A DNA stretch of 64,000 bases from Gemmatimonadales bacterium (GTDB lineage Bacteria; Gemmatimonadota; Gemmatimonadetes; Gemmatimonadales; GWC2-71-9), in contig JBFIHA010000013.1 of NCBI GenBank assembly GCA_041602035.1, forward strand, positions 1,464 to 65,463, given 5' to 3'. Below are positions 9,479 to 19,173 of the stretch, piece by piece. Both the position numbers and the translations under genes were made by a program. Within the stretch, counting starts at the first letter, position 1. Each line of letters starts with the position of its first letter. A model generated the notes under the pieces. That model saw only the letters and a list, made by a program, of their open reading frames with translations. It had not been told where the DNA came from and made no database searches.

Positions 9479-9715
9479 TCACTCGTGCTGAGCCCGCCAC
9501 TCCAGCTGGCGAAATACTACGCCACTGCCACAGTGATCGCACCGGAGAATCCAGACGGAGTGCGACTGTCGGTCCCCGACAATGGGGCTGAGGTCGGCTT
9601 GGCACGTGGGACAGACGATTCGCTGCTCGTGCCGCAGCGTCGTGCGGAAAATGCGCCCCGCATCGTCCAGCGAGAAGCCACCCGTGTTCCTGGGGGCGTC
9701 AGGATGGCTTTTCAT
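9479..9715 (-). CDS. Small zinc-ribbon protein (78 aa), paralogous to the C-terminal domain of the protein at 24432..24827
   Basis: ATG at 9715 preceded by GAAAGGGGG. CPTC...CDHC pairs. FSLDD...RIFR motif shared with FSWDD...TIHR in the paralog. The longer 218-aa ORF would run into glgP. Confidence 0.6.
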   Translation of the reverse strand: MKSHPDAPRNTGGFSLDDAGRIFRTTLRHEQRIVCPTCQADLSPIVGDRQSHSVWILRCDHCGSGVVFRQLEWRAQHE

Positions 9716-9877
9716 TCGCTGCCCCCTTTCGGGATCGGGTGATCGGTTGCCCCTCATGTCCACACACCTCGCCGGCTGGGAGTATACCTGGAACGAACTG
9801 AAGATTCCGTGAACTCTCGGTGAACCTCGAACCGCCGCTAGCTTATTTCGCGGACGACCGACTAGCTTACGCAGCCG

Positions 9878-12031
9878 ATGACCCACACCGAGCCGCGCAT
9901 CCCCCACCTCCCAGATCGCATTGGCGGTCTGGCGCACATCGCGACCAACCTCTGGTGGAGTTGGAGCCGCGAGGCACGGCAGGTCTTCCGCAGTGTCGAC
10001 GAACTCCTCTGGCAACGTACCCGCCACAACCCCATCCTGTTCCTGCAACTGGTCGATCCGGCACGCTTGGTCGCTCGCGCGCAGGACCCGGAGTTTCTCG
10101 AAGCCTACGATCGGGTCGTGGCCAACCTCGACCAAGCACTATCCCGACGGGATACGTGGTTCCAGCGCACCTACCCGGACCACGCCGCTCGTCCGGTCGC
10201 ATACTTCTGCGCCGAATTCGGACTGCACAATTCGGTTCCCATTTACTCCGGCGGTCTCGGCGTGCTTGCCGGCGATCATTGCAAGGCGGCCTCCGACCTC
10301 GGCGTTCCGCTGGTGGGGGTGGGCCTGCTGTACACGAAGGGGTATTTCGATCAGCGCGTTCGACTGGACGGGTGGCAGGAGGATGCGGACGACCCCCTGG
10401 ATCCGACGATCACCCCGCTGGCCCCGGTGCTCGATACGACGGGCCACCCCTACCTCGCGACGATTCCCATCGGTGACCGTATGCTGCACGTCGGCGCTTG
10501 GCGCATGATGGTCGGTTCGGTTCCGATCCTGCTGTTAGACACCAACCTCGAAGTGAACGACCCGCAGGACCGGAGTTTGTCCCTCAAGTTGTATGCGGGT
10601 GGCCCCGAGATGCGGCTGCGTCAGGAATGGGTGCTCGGCGTGGGCGGCGTGCGGCTGCTGCGGCGGTTGGGCATCGATCCAGCAGCGTGGCACGCCAACG
10701 AAGGTCACGCCGCGTTCATGTTGGTCGAGCGGGTGCGCGAGTTGACCACCGCCGGCACCGCCCTCGACGACGCGATCGCCACGGTGCGAGCCACGAGCGT
10801 GTTCACCACGCACACGCCCGTCCCCGCGGGGCACGATGTCTTCACGCGCGACCAAATCGCGGGCTGCGTCGGACCGTTCCTCGACGACTCAGGCATGGAT
10901 CGTGAGGTCTTCTACCGTTTCGGGCGGCATCCGGACCATGATCACGGCAGCTACCACATGACGGTGACTGGGATCCGGCTCTCGGGTCGAGTGAACGGCG
11001 TCTCGGAGCTGCACGGTCAAGAAACACGCCGTTTGTGGCGCGTCTTGTGGCCCGAGCGCGAGCCCATGGGCGTGCCCATCACGCACGTCACCAACGGGGT
11101 GCACCTGGCGACATGGATGGCCCATCCCATGATGGACCTCATGGATCGACACCTCGGTAGCGGGTGGGGCAACCAGCTCGACGACCCGACCATGTGGGAT
11201 CGTGTTCTCGCGCTGGACGACGGGCAGTTGTGGAGAGTGCACCTCGAACTCAAAGATCGGCTGCTCGAGTACATTCGAGAAGACGCCCGGCGACGCTGGC
11301 GCGACCGCTGGAAGGAACCGGCGCACCTCATGTCGGCCGGGACCCTCCTCGGCCGCGACGCGCTCACCATCGGGTTTGCGCGGCGGTTCGCGACCTACAA
11401 GCGGGCCGACCTCATCTTCCGCCAGCCGGACCGGTTGCGGCAGATCTTGATCGATCCCAGGCGACCAGTGCAAATGGTGTTCGCGGGCAAGGCCCATCCG
11501 GCAGACGAACCCGGCAAGCGAATGCTGCAGACGGTGTACAATGCCGCGCATGATCCCAGCTTTGAGGGCCGGATCGCGTTTCTCGAGGATTACGAGATGC
11601 ACCTCGCGCACCGTCTGGTCCAGGGCGTGGATCTCTGGCTCAACGTTCCGCGGGTGCCGATGGAAGCGTGCGGCACGAGCGGGATGAAGGCCGCGATCAA
11701 CGGCGTGCCGCAGCTGGGAACGCTCGACGGCTGGTGGGCGGAGGGCTACAGTGGGCGCAACGGGTGGGCCATTCCGCTGGGGCCGAGGGACCGGCAAGAC
11801 GAGCACGATGCCGACCACGTGTACGAGTTGCTGGAATCGGAGATCGTTCCCCTGTACTTCGAACGTGACGCACACGACGTGCCGACCGGCTGGGTGGAGC
11901 GAATGCGGCATACGCTGCGCGACGGACTCAAGCGATTTACCGCACGGGCCATGCTGCAGCGCTACGCCACGGAGCACTACCTCCGCGCCATGCGGGCGGA
12001 GCCGCCGTCCTCCGACCCGCCTACCGCGTAG
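9878..12031 (+). CDS. glgP: Alpha-glucan (glycogen/maltodextrin) phosphorylase, GT35 with DUF3417-type N-terminus
   Basis: 717 aa. N-terminus LAHIATNLWWSWS. Also YSGGLGVLAGDH and EACGTSGMKAAINGV (pyridoxal-phosphate Lys region). Confidence 0.92.
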   Translation: MTHTEPRIPHLPDRIGGLAHIATNLWWSWSREARQVFRSVDELLWQRTRHNPILFLQLVDPARLVARAQDPEFLEAYDRVVANLDQALSRRDTWFQRTYPDHAARPVAYFCAEFGLHNSVPIYSGGLGVLAGDHCKAASDLGVPLVGVGLLYTKGYFDQRVRLDGWQEDADDPLDPTITPLAPVLDTTGHPYLATIPIGDRMLHVGAWRMMVGSVPILLLDTNLEVNDPQDRSLSLKLYAGGPEMRLRQEWVLGVGGVRLLRRLGIDPAAWHANEGHAAFMLVERVRELTTAGTALDDAIATVRATSVFTTHTPVPAGHDVFTRDQIAGCVGPFLDDSGMDREVFYRFGRHPDHDHGSYHMTVTGIRLSGRVNGVSELHGQETRRLWRVLWPEREPMGVPITHVTNGVHLATWMAHPMMDLMDRHLGSGWGNQLDDPTMWDRVLALDDGQLWRVHLELKDRLLEYIREDARRRWRDRWKEPAHLMSAGTLLGRDALTIGFARRFATYKRADLIFRQPDRLRQILIDPRRPVQMVFAGKAHPADEPGKRMLQTVYNAAHDPSFEGRIAFLEDYEMHLAHRLVQGVDLWLNVPRVPMEACGTSGMKAAINGVPQLGTLDGWWAEGYSGRNGWAIPLGPRDRQDEHDADHVYELLESEIVPLYFERDAHDVPTGWVERMRHTLRDGLKRFTARAMLQRYATEHYLRAMRAEPPSSDPPTA

Positions 12032-12040
12032 GTTCGCCCC

Positions 12041-13528
12041 GTGATCCGTGCCAACTCCTACGGCATCGTGCCCTTCCGAGACCGGACGGTCGTACATCTC
12101 ACGGCCGAATACTGGCCGTTTGCGCGCACCGGCGGTCTGGCCGAGGCCGTGAGAGGGTTGGCGGAGTACCAGATCCGAGTCGGCCAGGACGCGGCGATCA
12201 TCATGCCGCTCTACCGATCCGTCCGCGACTTCACCGACCAGGTCACGCCAACGATGGAACCATTTGCCGTCCCGGTGGGCGATCACGTGGAGGAAGCCCG
12301 CCTCTACCGCTACACGGGCACGGACACGCAGGTGAGGGTGTTCTTCGTGGAGCACGACGGGCACTTCGACCGCGATGGCCTCTACGGCACCGAGCATGGG
12401 GATTATCCCGACAACCTTCGCCGATGCGCGTTCCTTTGCCGGGCCGCACTCCACGCGCTACCGACCCTGGTCCCGAATTGCGCCATTCTCCACGCCCACG
12501 ATTGGCACACGGCACTCGTCATGCCGTACCTGCGGTACACCTTTGCCGGTCAGCCGTCCTACGATCGCTTGGGTGCGGTGCTCTCAGTGCACAACGCCGC
12601 CTATCAGGGCCACTTCCCGGAGCATGCGGTGCAGTCGATCGGATTGCCTCCGAGCATGTATGACTGGCGGATCATGGAGTGGTACGGGCGGATGAATGTG
12701 CTCAAAGGCGGCTTGTCGTATACCGACCTCGCGACGACGGTGAGTCCCACCCATGCGGCCGAGCTCCGTACGCCGGACGGCGGGTTTGGGCTGCACGATC
12801 ATTTCATCGGACTCGGTGACCGATTCGTCGGCATTCTGAACGGCATCGACTACGCGATTTGGGATCCCGGGACGGATCGCGACATCACGGCGCAGTACCG
12901 AATCGATCACCTGGCACCCAAGCGCGGCTGCAAGACCGCACTCCAGCGTGTCTACGGTCTGCCACGCCGCTCGCGTACGCCGGTGTTCGTGATGAGCGCA
13001 CGCCTGGTGGAACAAAAGGGATTCGACCTCATTCTCGAACCAGGACTACTGGCGCAGTTCGACGCGCAGTTCATCTTTCTCGGGCGCGGCGACGTGCACT
13101 ACGAGCGGTTGCTGCAAGAGCTAGCGAGCGCGCTCCCCGACAAGGTCGCGGTGCCGCTCGACTTCACCGAACGACTCGAACACCGCCTGCTCGCCGGAGC
13201 CGATGCGCTGTTGATGCCGTCGCAGTTCGAGCCCTGCGGACTCACCCAGATGCGGGCGCAACGGTACGGCGTGCTTCCTGTGGCCCGTCGGGTCGGTGGA
13301 CTCAGCGACACCATCGTCGACGGAGAGACCGGATTCCTGTTCGACGAGTATCGACCGACCGGGCTGGCGCGTGCCTTACGGCGGGCCATTGCCCAGTATC
13401 ACGATCGTGAAGCGTGGACGGCCATGATGACGAAGGCCATGCGTCAGGATTTCAGCTGGGGGCCATCCGCCGCGCGCTACCAAGAGGTCTACCACCGAGC
13501 CAGCGCACGAGCGCGGCGCCACCACTGA
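12041..13528 (+). CDS. glgA: Glycogen synthase (GT5)
   Basis: GTG start. VHLTAEYWPFARTGGLAEAV (KTGGL-like motif). PSQFEPCGLTQM near the C-terminus. Confidence 0.9.
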   Translation: MIRANSYGIVPFRDRTVVHLTAEYWPFARTGGLAEAVRGLAEYQIRVGQDAAIIMPLYRSVRDFTDQVTPTMEPFAVPVGDHVEEARLYRYTGTDTQVRVFFVEHDGHFDRDGLYGTEHGDYPDNLRRCAFLCRAALHALPTLVPNCAILHAHDWHTALVMPYLRYTFAGQPSYDRLGAVLSVHNAAYQGHFPEHAVQSIGLPPSMYDWRIMEWYGRMNVLKGGLSYTDLATTVSPTHAAELRTPDGGFGLHDHFIGLGDRFVGILNGIDYAIWDPGTDRDITAQYRIDHLAPKRGCKTALQRVYGLPRRSRTPVFVMSARLVEQKGFDLILEPGLLAQFDAQFIFLGRGDVHYERLLQELASALPDKVAVPLDFTERLEHRLLAGADALLMPSQFEPCGLTQMRAQRYGVLPVARRVGGLSDTIVDGETGFLFDEYRPTGLARALRRAIAQYHDREAWTAMMTKAMRQDFSWGPSAARYQEVYHRASARARRHH

Positions 13529-13535
13529 CGGTATC

Positions 13536-15230
13536 ATGGACTTTGTGCTGACCCTCCACAGCCACCTCCCCTACGTGCTCAATCACGGTCGGTGGCCGCA
13601 CGGGAGTGACTGGCTGTGTGAGGCCGCCATCGACACCTACCTGCCGCTCATCGAGTCGTTGACCCAGTTGGCTCGCGAAGACGTCCATGCCCCAATCACC
13701 ATCGGGGTGACACCGGTGCTCGCGAATCAGCTCGCCCACCCCTCGTTCGTGGACGAGCTGGAACACTTGTTCGCCGAACGGCTCAAGGCCTGCGACCGGG
13801 CACCGACGGAGCTGGCGGAGACCGGTGATCACGACCTGATCCCGCTGGCAGCCTACTGGCAGGCTCGGCTCGAGCGGCTGCGACGGCTGTTCCGCACGCA
13901 CGGCGACATCATTGCGGCCCTGCGGCGCCTCGAGAGCGCGGGACGATTGGAAATCATCGGTTCGGCGGCCACCCACGGGTATCTTCCACTCCTCGGCACC
14001 GAGGCGAGCATTCGACTGCAATTGCACGTGGGATACGCCGAACATCGGCGCCTGTTCGGCCGAGCGCCCCGCGGCTGCTGGCTGCCGGAATGTGCCTATC
14101 GCCCGCGTGGACCGTGGTCGGTATCGGCATCGCCGACGGCGGAGCGGCCCGGGATCGAGGAGCACCTCGCGGCGGTGGGATTCCAGTATTTCTTCACCGA
14201 CTCGCATCTCGCGGCCGCCGGGACCCCGCTGGGTGCCTACCATGACGTGCCTCTGGGTGCAGAACGATTCGACGCCGAGCGTCACGATGACGCGGCGCCG
14301 AAACAAGGCCGCGCTGGGAGGCGGTCCCCGTACTGGTCATACCGGGTCTCCGCGCCGGACGCTGCCGAGGTTCGGGCCTTCGTGCGCGATCCCGAATCGT
14401 CGATGCAGGTGTGGAGTCGGGATCGCGGTTATCCCGGCGACGAGTGGTATCTCGAGTTCCACAAGATTCGGTGGCCCGGCGGCCTCAAGCTATGGCGTGT
14501 GACTGGCCCGCGCGTCGATCTCGGAGGCAAGCGGTCCTACGTTCCCGAGACGGCAGAGTCCCGAGCCAGCGAGCACGCTCGTCACTTCGCCTACCTGCTG
14601 CAGCACTTGGCGGCCGAACGCTCCACCGTCGGGGACGTGATCGTGGCCCCGTTCGATACCGAGTTGTTCGGGCACTGGTGGTTCGAGGGGATTCACTTCA
14701 TCGCCGATCTCTATCGCGCACTCGCTCGGGTCGGCGGAGTGCGTCCCATGACGGGGACCGCACATCTCCGGCGACACCCCCGCCCACCCGGCATTCGGCT
14801 CTCCGAAGGATCATGGGGTGCGAATGGCGACCACAGCATGTGGCTGAACGACGGCACGCGCTGGACGTGGGATCGCCTATGGCCGCTGGAACACCGGTTC
14901 TGGCGCGCGGCGCGCACGGCGATCGGGATCGAGGAGCTCCGCCCCATTGTGGCGCAGGCGGCACGAGAGCTGCTCCTCGCGCAGTCGTCGGATTGGCAGT
15001 TCGTGATCTCGACGGCCGTCGCAGCCGACTACGCCGAACGTCGGTTCATCGGCCACTGCGAGGCTGTCGAGGGGCTGGTGGACGCCTTGCAGCCCGACGC
15101 CACGCCGGAGCGACGCCGACAGGCCGCAGACGAGGCCGCGACCCTGCGCGTACGGGACGACCTGTTCCCCGACGTGCTCGCGTCCGTCCAGGCCGTCCTC
15201 GATGCGGAACTCGATCCGGTCTCGGAATGA
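13536..15230 (+). CDS. GH57-family 1,4-alpha-glucan branching enzyme-like protein (GH57 + DUF1957)
   Basis: MDFVLTLHSHLPYV N-terminus, TELFGHWWFEG motif, length about 560 aa, typical of GH57 branching enzymes. Confidence 0.85.
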   Translation: MDFVLTLHSHLPYVLNHGRWPHGSDWLCEAAIDTYLPLIESLTQLAREDVHAPITIGVTPVLANQLAHPSFVDELEHLFAERLKACDRAPTELAETGDHDLIPLAAYWQARLERLRRLFRTHGDIIAALRRLESAGRLEIIGSAATHGYLPLLGTEASIRLQLHVGYAEHRRLFGRAPRGCWLPECAYRPRGPWSVSASPTAERPGIEEHLAAVGFQYFFTDSHLAAAGTPLGAYHDVPLGAERFDAERHDDAAPKQGRAGRRSPYWSYRVSAPDAAEVRAFVRDPESSMQVWSRDRGYPGDEWYLEFHKIRWPGGLKLWRVTGPRVDLGGKRSYVPETAESRASEHARHFAYLLQHLAAERSTVGDVIVAPFDTELFGHWWFEGIHFIADLYRALARVGGVRPMTGTAHLRRHPRPPGIRLSEGSWGANGDHSMWLNDGTRWTWDRLWPLEHRFWRAARTAIGIEELRPIVAQAARELLLAQSSDWQFVISTAVAADYAERRFIGHCEAVEGLVDALQPDATPERRRQAADEAATLRVRDDLFPDVLASVQAVLDAELDPVSE

Positions 15231-17239
15231 CACCACCGCTGCGCTCGGCCATCATCCACGCCCACTTCTACCAGCCGCCGCGCGAGGACCCGTGGCTCGA
15301 TGAAGTGCCACACCACGTGTCAGCGGCACCCCACCACGACTGGAACGAGCGGATCGAGCGCGAGTGCTATCGCGCCGTCGTCGCGGCCCGCGTTGCCACC
15401 CCGGACGGCCGAATCGCGAAGATCGTGAACACGCTGCGAGCGGTGAGCTTCAACGTCGGTCCCACGTTGCTGTCGTGGCTGGCGTCCGAGGCGGGCCCCA
15501 CCTACGCAGCCATCCTCGAGGCCGACCGCGACAGCTGCGCGCGGCGTGGGGGCCACGGCAACGCGATGGCGATGCCGTTCCATCACTCCATCCTCCCGCT
15601 GGCGTCACGCCGCGACAAGCGGACGGAAGTCCTGTGGGGTATCGCCGACTTCGAGCATCGGTTCGGCCGGCAGCCGGAGGGAATGTGGCTCCCCGAGACC
15701 GCCGTGGATCCAGATACGCTCGACGTGCTGGCCGAAGCCGGCATTCGCTTCACAGTGGTCGCACCACATCAGGTGCGCGCCGCGCCGCCGAGCGGCCTGC
15801 CCGGCCTCTACCGGACACCCACGGGCCGCTCGATCGCCGTGTTCGTCTACGACGGCTCGACTTCCCACGGCGTGGCCTTCGGTGGCTTGCTTCACGACGC
15901 ACGTGAGTGGGAGCGCCGCATGGTGGACGGCGCGGATCGTCGCCTGGTGGCCATTGCCACCGACGGTGAGACGTACGGTCACCATCACAAGTTCGGCGAA
16001 ATGGCGCTGGCAGCGGTGCTCGAAGGACTCGAGTACCGGCCAGACGTGGAGGTCGAGAACTTCGCCTCCTTCCTGGAACGTCATCCGCCGCAGCACGAGG
16101 TCGAGCTCGTGGCACCGACGTCGTGGAGTTGCGTGCACGGAGTCGAACGATGGCGGGCAGACTGTGGCTGCAAAATGCATCCAGATCGCGTCTCACAGCA
16201 GCGATGGCGCTCCATCCTGCGAGAGAGCCTCGACTGGCTCGCCGAGGAGTTGCACACCGTATTCGAACGAGAAGGTGGCCCGCTCTTCGGAGATCCGTGG
16301 AACGCACGCGACGAGTTTGGAGTGGCCGTGGTGAGTGATGACCGGACGCGGTGGACGTTCGCCGACGGCCACGTGCGGTCGACCGAACCCGAGCAGCGCA
16401 GGCGCGCGGTCGAACTGCTCGAGATGGAACGCAACGCCCTCAGGATGTTCACGTCCTGTGGGTGGTTCCACGACGACATCGGGGGGATCGAGGCAAGCCA
16501 AGTGCTGCGCTATGCCGCGCGGGCTATCGACCTTGCCGGCACCAGTCACGCTGCTCGGCTTGAGAACGGGCTGCGGCACCGCCTCGCGGCGGCCAGGAGT
16601 AACGATCCGACCGTCGGAAGCGGTCGCGACGTGTACGACGCGGGGCGCCCGGCGATCCCCGCCGACGCTCGGGTTGCTGCCGGTGGGAATGCCTGCCTTA
16701 CCGTGGGGATACCCCTCCCCGCAGCCGTCGGGCCGTTCGACCTGCGGTCCGTGGAGAGCGGAGATCACGGTGTGACTATCGAGGTATCCGACCGGCGCAC
16801 CGGCACGAGCCGAACGTGGCAGGCCCGCACGACCCGTCCGAGCACTGGCCGTCTGCACCTGCGGGTCTCCAGTGCCGACCCGGACACCACGTACACGGCC
16901 TCGGTCACCGACCTGCCGTTCGACATCCTTCGCACCGTACGGCCGGCGCTGTACGCCGCCATCGTGCAAACGCACTACCTCGAGGAGGAGCGCCGAGCCC
17001 TACTGTCGGGCGCGGACCAGGTGGACGTGGCACGGCGTGTGTTGATCCGTCTTGTCGACCGTCTGGCGGGCGGCGCTGAGGATTGCAGGCCGCTTCACGA
17101 CCTACTGGATCTCTTCGACTTGCTCGAACGTCACTATCCGTTCGGCGCGCAGACGCAGCTCTACCGGGTGTGGGAAACCGCGGACGGCGATCGACGACGT
17201 GCCCTCGGGTCGGTCGCGCATCGCATGGGATTCGCCTGA
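15227..17239 (+). CDS. GH57-family glycoside hydrolase with DUF3536-like C-terminal region; specificity unknown
   Basis: ATG at 15227 overlaps the upstream stop (ATGA). N-terminus HAHFYQPPREDPW. ATDGETYGHHH motif. Confidence 0.8.
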   Translation: MTPPLRSAIIHAHFYQPPREDPWLDEVPHHVSAAPHHDWNERIERECYRAVVAARVATPDGRIAKIVNTLRAVSFNVGPTLLSWLASEAGPTYAAILEADRDSCARRGGHGNAMAMPFHHSILPLASRRDKRTEVLWGIADFEHRFGRQPEGMWLPETAVDPDTLDVLAEAGIRFTVVAPHQVRAAPPSGLPGLYRTPTGRSIAVFVYDGSTSHGVAFGGLLHDAREWERRMVDGADRRLVAIATDGETYGHHHKFGEMALAAVLEGLEYRPDVEVENFASFLERHPPQHEVELVAPTSWSCVHGVERWRADCGCKMHPDRVSQQRWRSILRESLDWLAEELHTVFEREGGPLFGDPWNARDEFGVAVVSDDRTRWTFADGHVRSTEPEQRRRAVELLEMERNALRMFTSCGWFHDDIGGIEASQVLRYAARAIDLAGTSHAARLENGLRHRLAAARSNDPTVGSGRDVYDAGRPAIPADARVAAGGNACLTVGIPLPAAVGPFDLRSVESGDHGVTIEVSDRRTGTSRTWQARTTRPSTGRLHLRVSSADPDTTYTASVTDLPFDILRTVRPALYAAIVQTHYLEEERRALLSGADQVDVARRVLIRLVDRLAGGAEDCRPLHDLLDLFDLLERHYPFGAQTQLYRVWETADGDRRRALGSVAHRMGFA

Positions 17240-17242
17240 GCC

Positions 17243-19165
17243 ATGGAACCGTTGCGCTTCGTGTTTGGCATTCACGTCCACCAGCCGGTAGGGAACTTCG
17301 ACCACGTGTTCGAGGAGCACGTGCAGGGCGTCTATCTGCCGTTCCTCACGGCCGTTGCGGACCGAGACTTCACTCCGATCGCGCTCCACGTCTCCGGACC
17401 CCTACTCGAGTGGCTGGAGCACCACGACGCGCGCTATCTCGATCTCATCGGTCGACTGGCGGCGGACGGCAAACTCGAGTTGCTGCTGGCGGGATTCTAC
17501 GAGCCAATTCTGATCGCGATTCCCCGTGAGGATCGCCTGGAACAGATCGGATGGATGCGGGACGCGCTCCGGGTCCGGTTCGGGGTCGACGCCACCGCGC
17601 TGTGGCTCACCGAGCGCGTGTGGGAACCGGGGCTGCCGGCCGACTTGGTGGACGCCGGGGTCGAGTGCGTCCTGGTGGACGATCGGCACTTCCTCGTGAC
17701 AGGGTTCGAGCGCGACGATCTCCACGCCCCGTACCGCACAGATAGTGACGGGCGCACGGTGGTGCTCCTCCCGATCGACGAGCGCCTCCGGTATTTGATC
17801 CCGTTCCAGCCCCCGAGCGCTACGGCAGGCTACCTGCGCGGACTGCGTGACAGCGGGCGACAGCTCTCCGTGTTCGCCGATGACGGCGAGAAGTTCGGCG
17901 GCTGGCCGGGGACGAAGGCGTGGGTGTACGAGCGCGGCTGGCTGGACGCCTTTTTCGACGCCATGGGACGACTGCGGGATGAGCAGGTCGTGCGACTCGT
18001 GACCCCCTCGCAAGCGTGGCGTGAGGTGGAGAGCGCCGGTCTGGCCTACCTCCCCACGGCGTCGTATCGGGAGATGGAAGGCTGGTCGCTCCCACCCCGA
18101 GCTGCGACCCGCCTAGAACACGTCGAGCACGAGTGGGGAAAGGACCGCCTCGCCGGGGGAGACGGCGCCCTGATCCGCGGCGGTCATTGGCGGAACTTCC
18201 TGGCCAAGTATCCCGAGTCCAACCGGATGCACAAGAAGGTGCTGCGGCTCTCGCAGCTGTGTCGCAAACGGGGAAACCCTCCCGGACCCCGACGAGACAT
18301 CGGTCGCGCGCAGTGCAACGATGCCTACTGGCATGGGGTGTTTGGGGGCCTGTATCTCCCCCACCTACGCGCAGGCCTCTGGCGGCACCTCGCGCGCGCC
18401 GAGGCTCAGCTGCGTGCGGGGGAATCGCTGGCGCACGAGACGCTCGACCTTCATGGCGACGGGCACGACGAGCTGTGGGTTCACTCCGGATTGTTCTCGG
18501 CCGTCGTGAGCCCCAGGCGGGGGGGAGCGATCGAGGAATACACGCGCTTTCAGGACGAAGTGAACTACGCCGATACCTTGACGCGTCGTGTCGAGGCCTA
18601 CCACCGAGAGGTCGCGCACGGCCCGAACTCCGATTCGGAGACCGACGCGGCGGTGCGCCAGCACGCCGACTCCGAGCAGACACGTCCGCGGCGCGCGATG
18701 CCGCCGCGGGACCATCACGACCGGGTCATGCTGGTCGATCGGGTGATCGGACACGATCTCGGCGAGGCCGAATACGCCCGAGCTGACTACGTACCGGTCG
18801 CGTCGTGGGTAGGATCACCGATGAACATCACCGTGACGCATGATGCCGACGCGCTCCTGGTCAGCCTCACGCCAATCGACGACCATCGCCTGATCCGCAA
18901 GGAGCTTCAATTTGCGCCCGGCGGGCAGTTGACGGTACGCTACACTTGGCGCCCTGAGGCCTTTCCAACCCACTGTTGGTTCGCGCCCGAGATTTCGGTG
19001 CCGGCCGATCCATCGCTCGTATGCCGACCGAGCACGACCGTGTGGCACTATCCGATCTCAACGGTGGCCAAATCAGAGCGCGGGCTGGAGGAAACTGTCC
19101 AGGGACTCTCCTTCACCCCACTGTGGCCCGTGGAACTCGGCGAGGCATCCTTCACCCTCTTTTGA
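17243..19165 (+). CDS. GH57-family 4-alpha-glucanotransferase/amylase-like protein
   Basis: Starts 4 nt after the previous stop. FVFGIHVHQPVGNF N-terminus. DDGEKFGGWPG motif. About 640 aa, like archaeal/thermophile GH57 glucanotransferases. Confidence 0.8.
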   Translation: MEPLRFVFGIHVHQPVGNFDHVFEEHVQGVYLPFLTAVADRDFTPIALHVSGPLLEWLEHHDARYLDLIGRLAADGKLELLLAGFYEPILIAIPREDRLEQIGWMRDALRVRFGVDATALWLTERVWEPGLPADLVDAGVECVLVDDRHFLVTGFERDDLHAPYRTDSDGRTVVLLPIDERLRYLIPFQPPSATAGYLRGLRDSGRQLSVFADDGEKFGGWPGTKAWVYERGWLDAFFDAMGRLRDEQVVRLVTPSQAWREVESAGLAYLPTASYREMEGWSLPPRAATRLEHVEHEWGKDRLAGGDGALIRGGHWRNFLAKYPESNRMHKKVLRLSQLCRKRGNPPGPRRDIGRAQCNDAYWHGVFGGLYLPHLRAGLWRHLARAEAQLRAGESLAHETLDLHGDGHDELWVHSGLFSAVVSPRRGGAIEEYTRFQDEVNYADTLTRRVEAYHREVAHGPNSDSETDAAVRQHADSEQTRPRRAMPPRDHHDRVMLVDRVIGHDLGEAEYARADYVPVASWVGSPMNITVTHDADALLVSLTPIDDHRLIRKELQFAPGGQLTVRYTWRPEAFPTHCWFAPEISVPADPSLVCRPSTTVWHYPISTVAKSERGLEETVQGLSFTPLWPVELGEASFTLF

Positions 19166-19173
19166 CAGCCGCC

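Noticed and set aside
14411-15226. Upstream extensions of real genes, where the ORF track starts hundreds of codons early (14411, 48866, 52545, 38102..39919, 29559..31265 and others)
   Set aside because: The extensions overlap the preceding gene in another frame and translate to Arg/Pro-rich nonsense. Internal starts with an RBS, signal peptide or stop-start overlap give family-typical N-termini.
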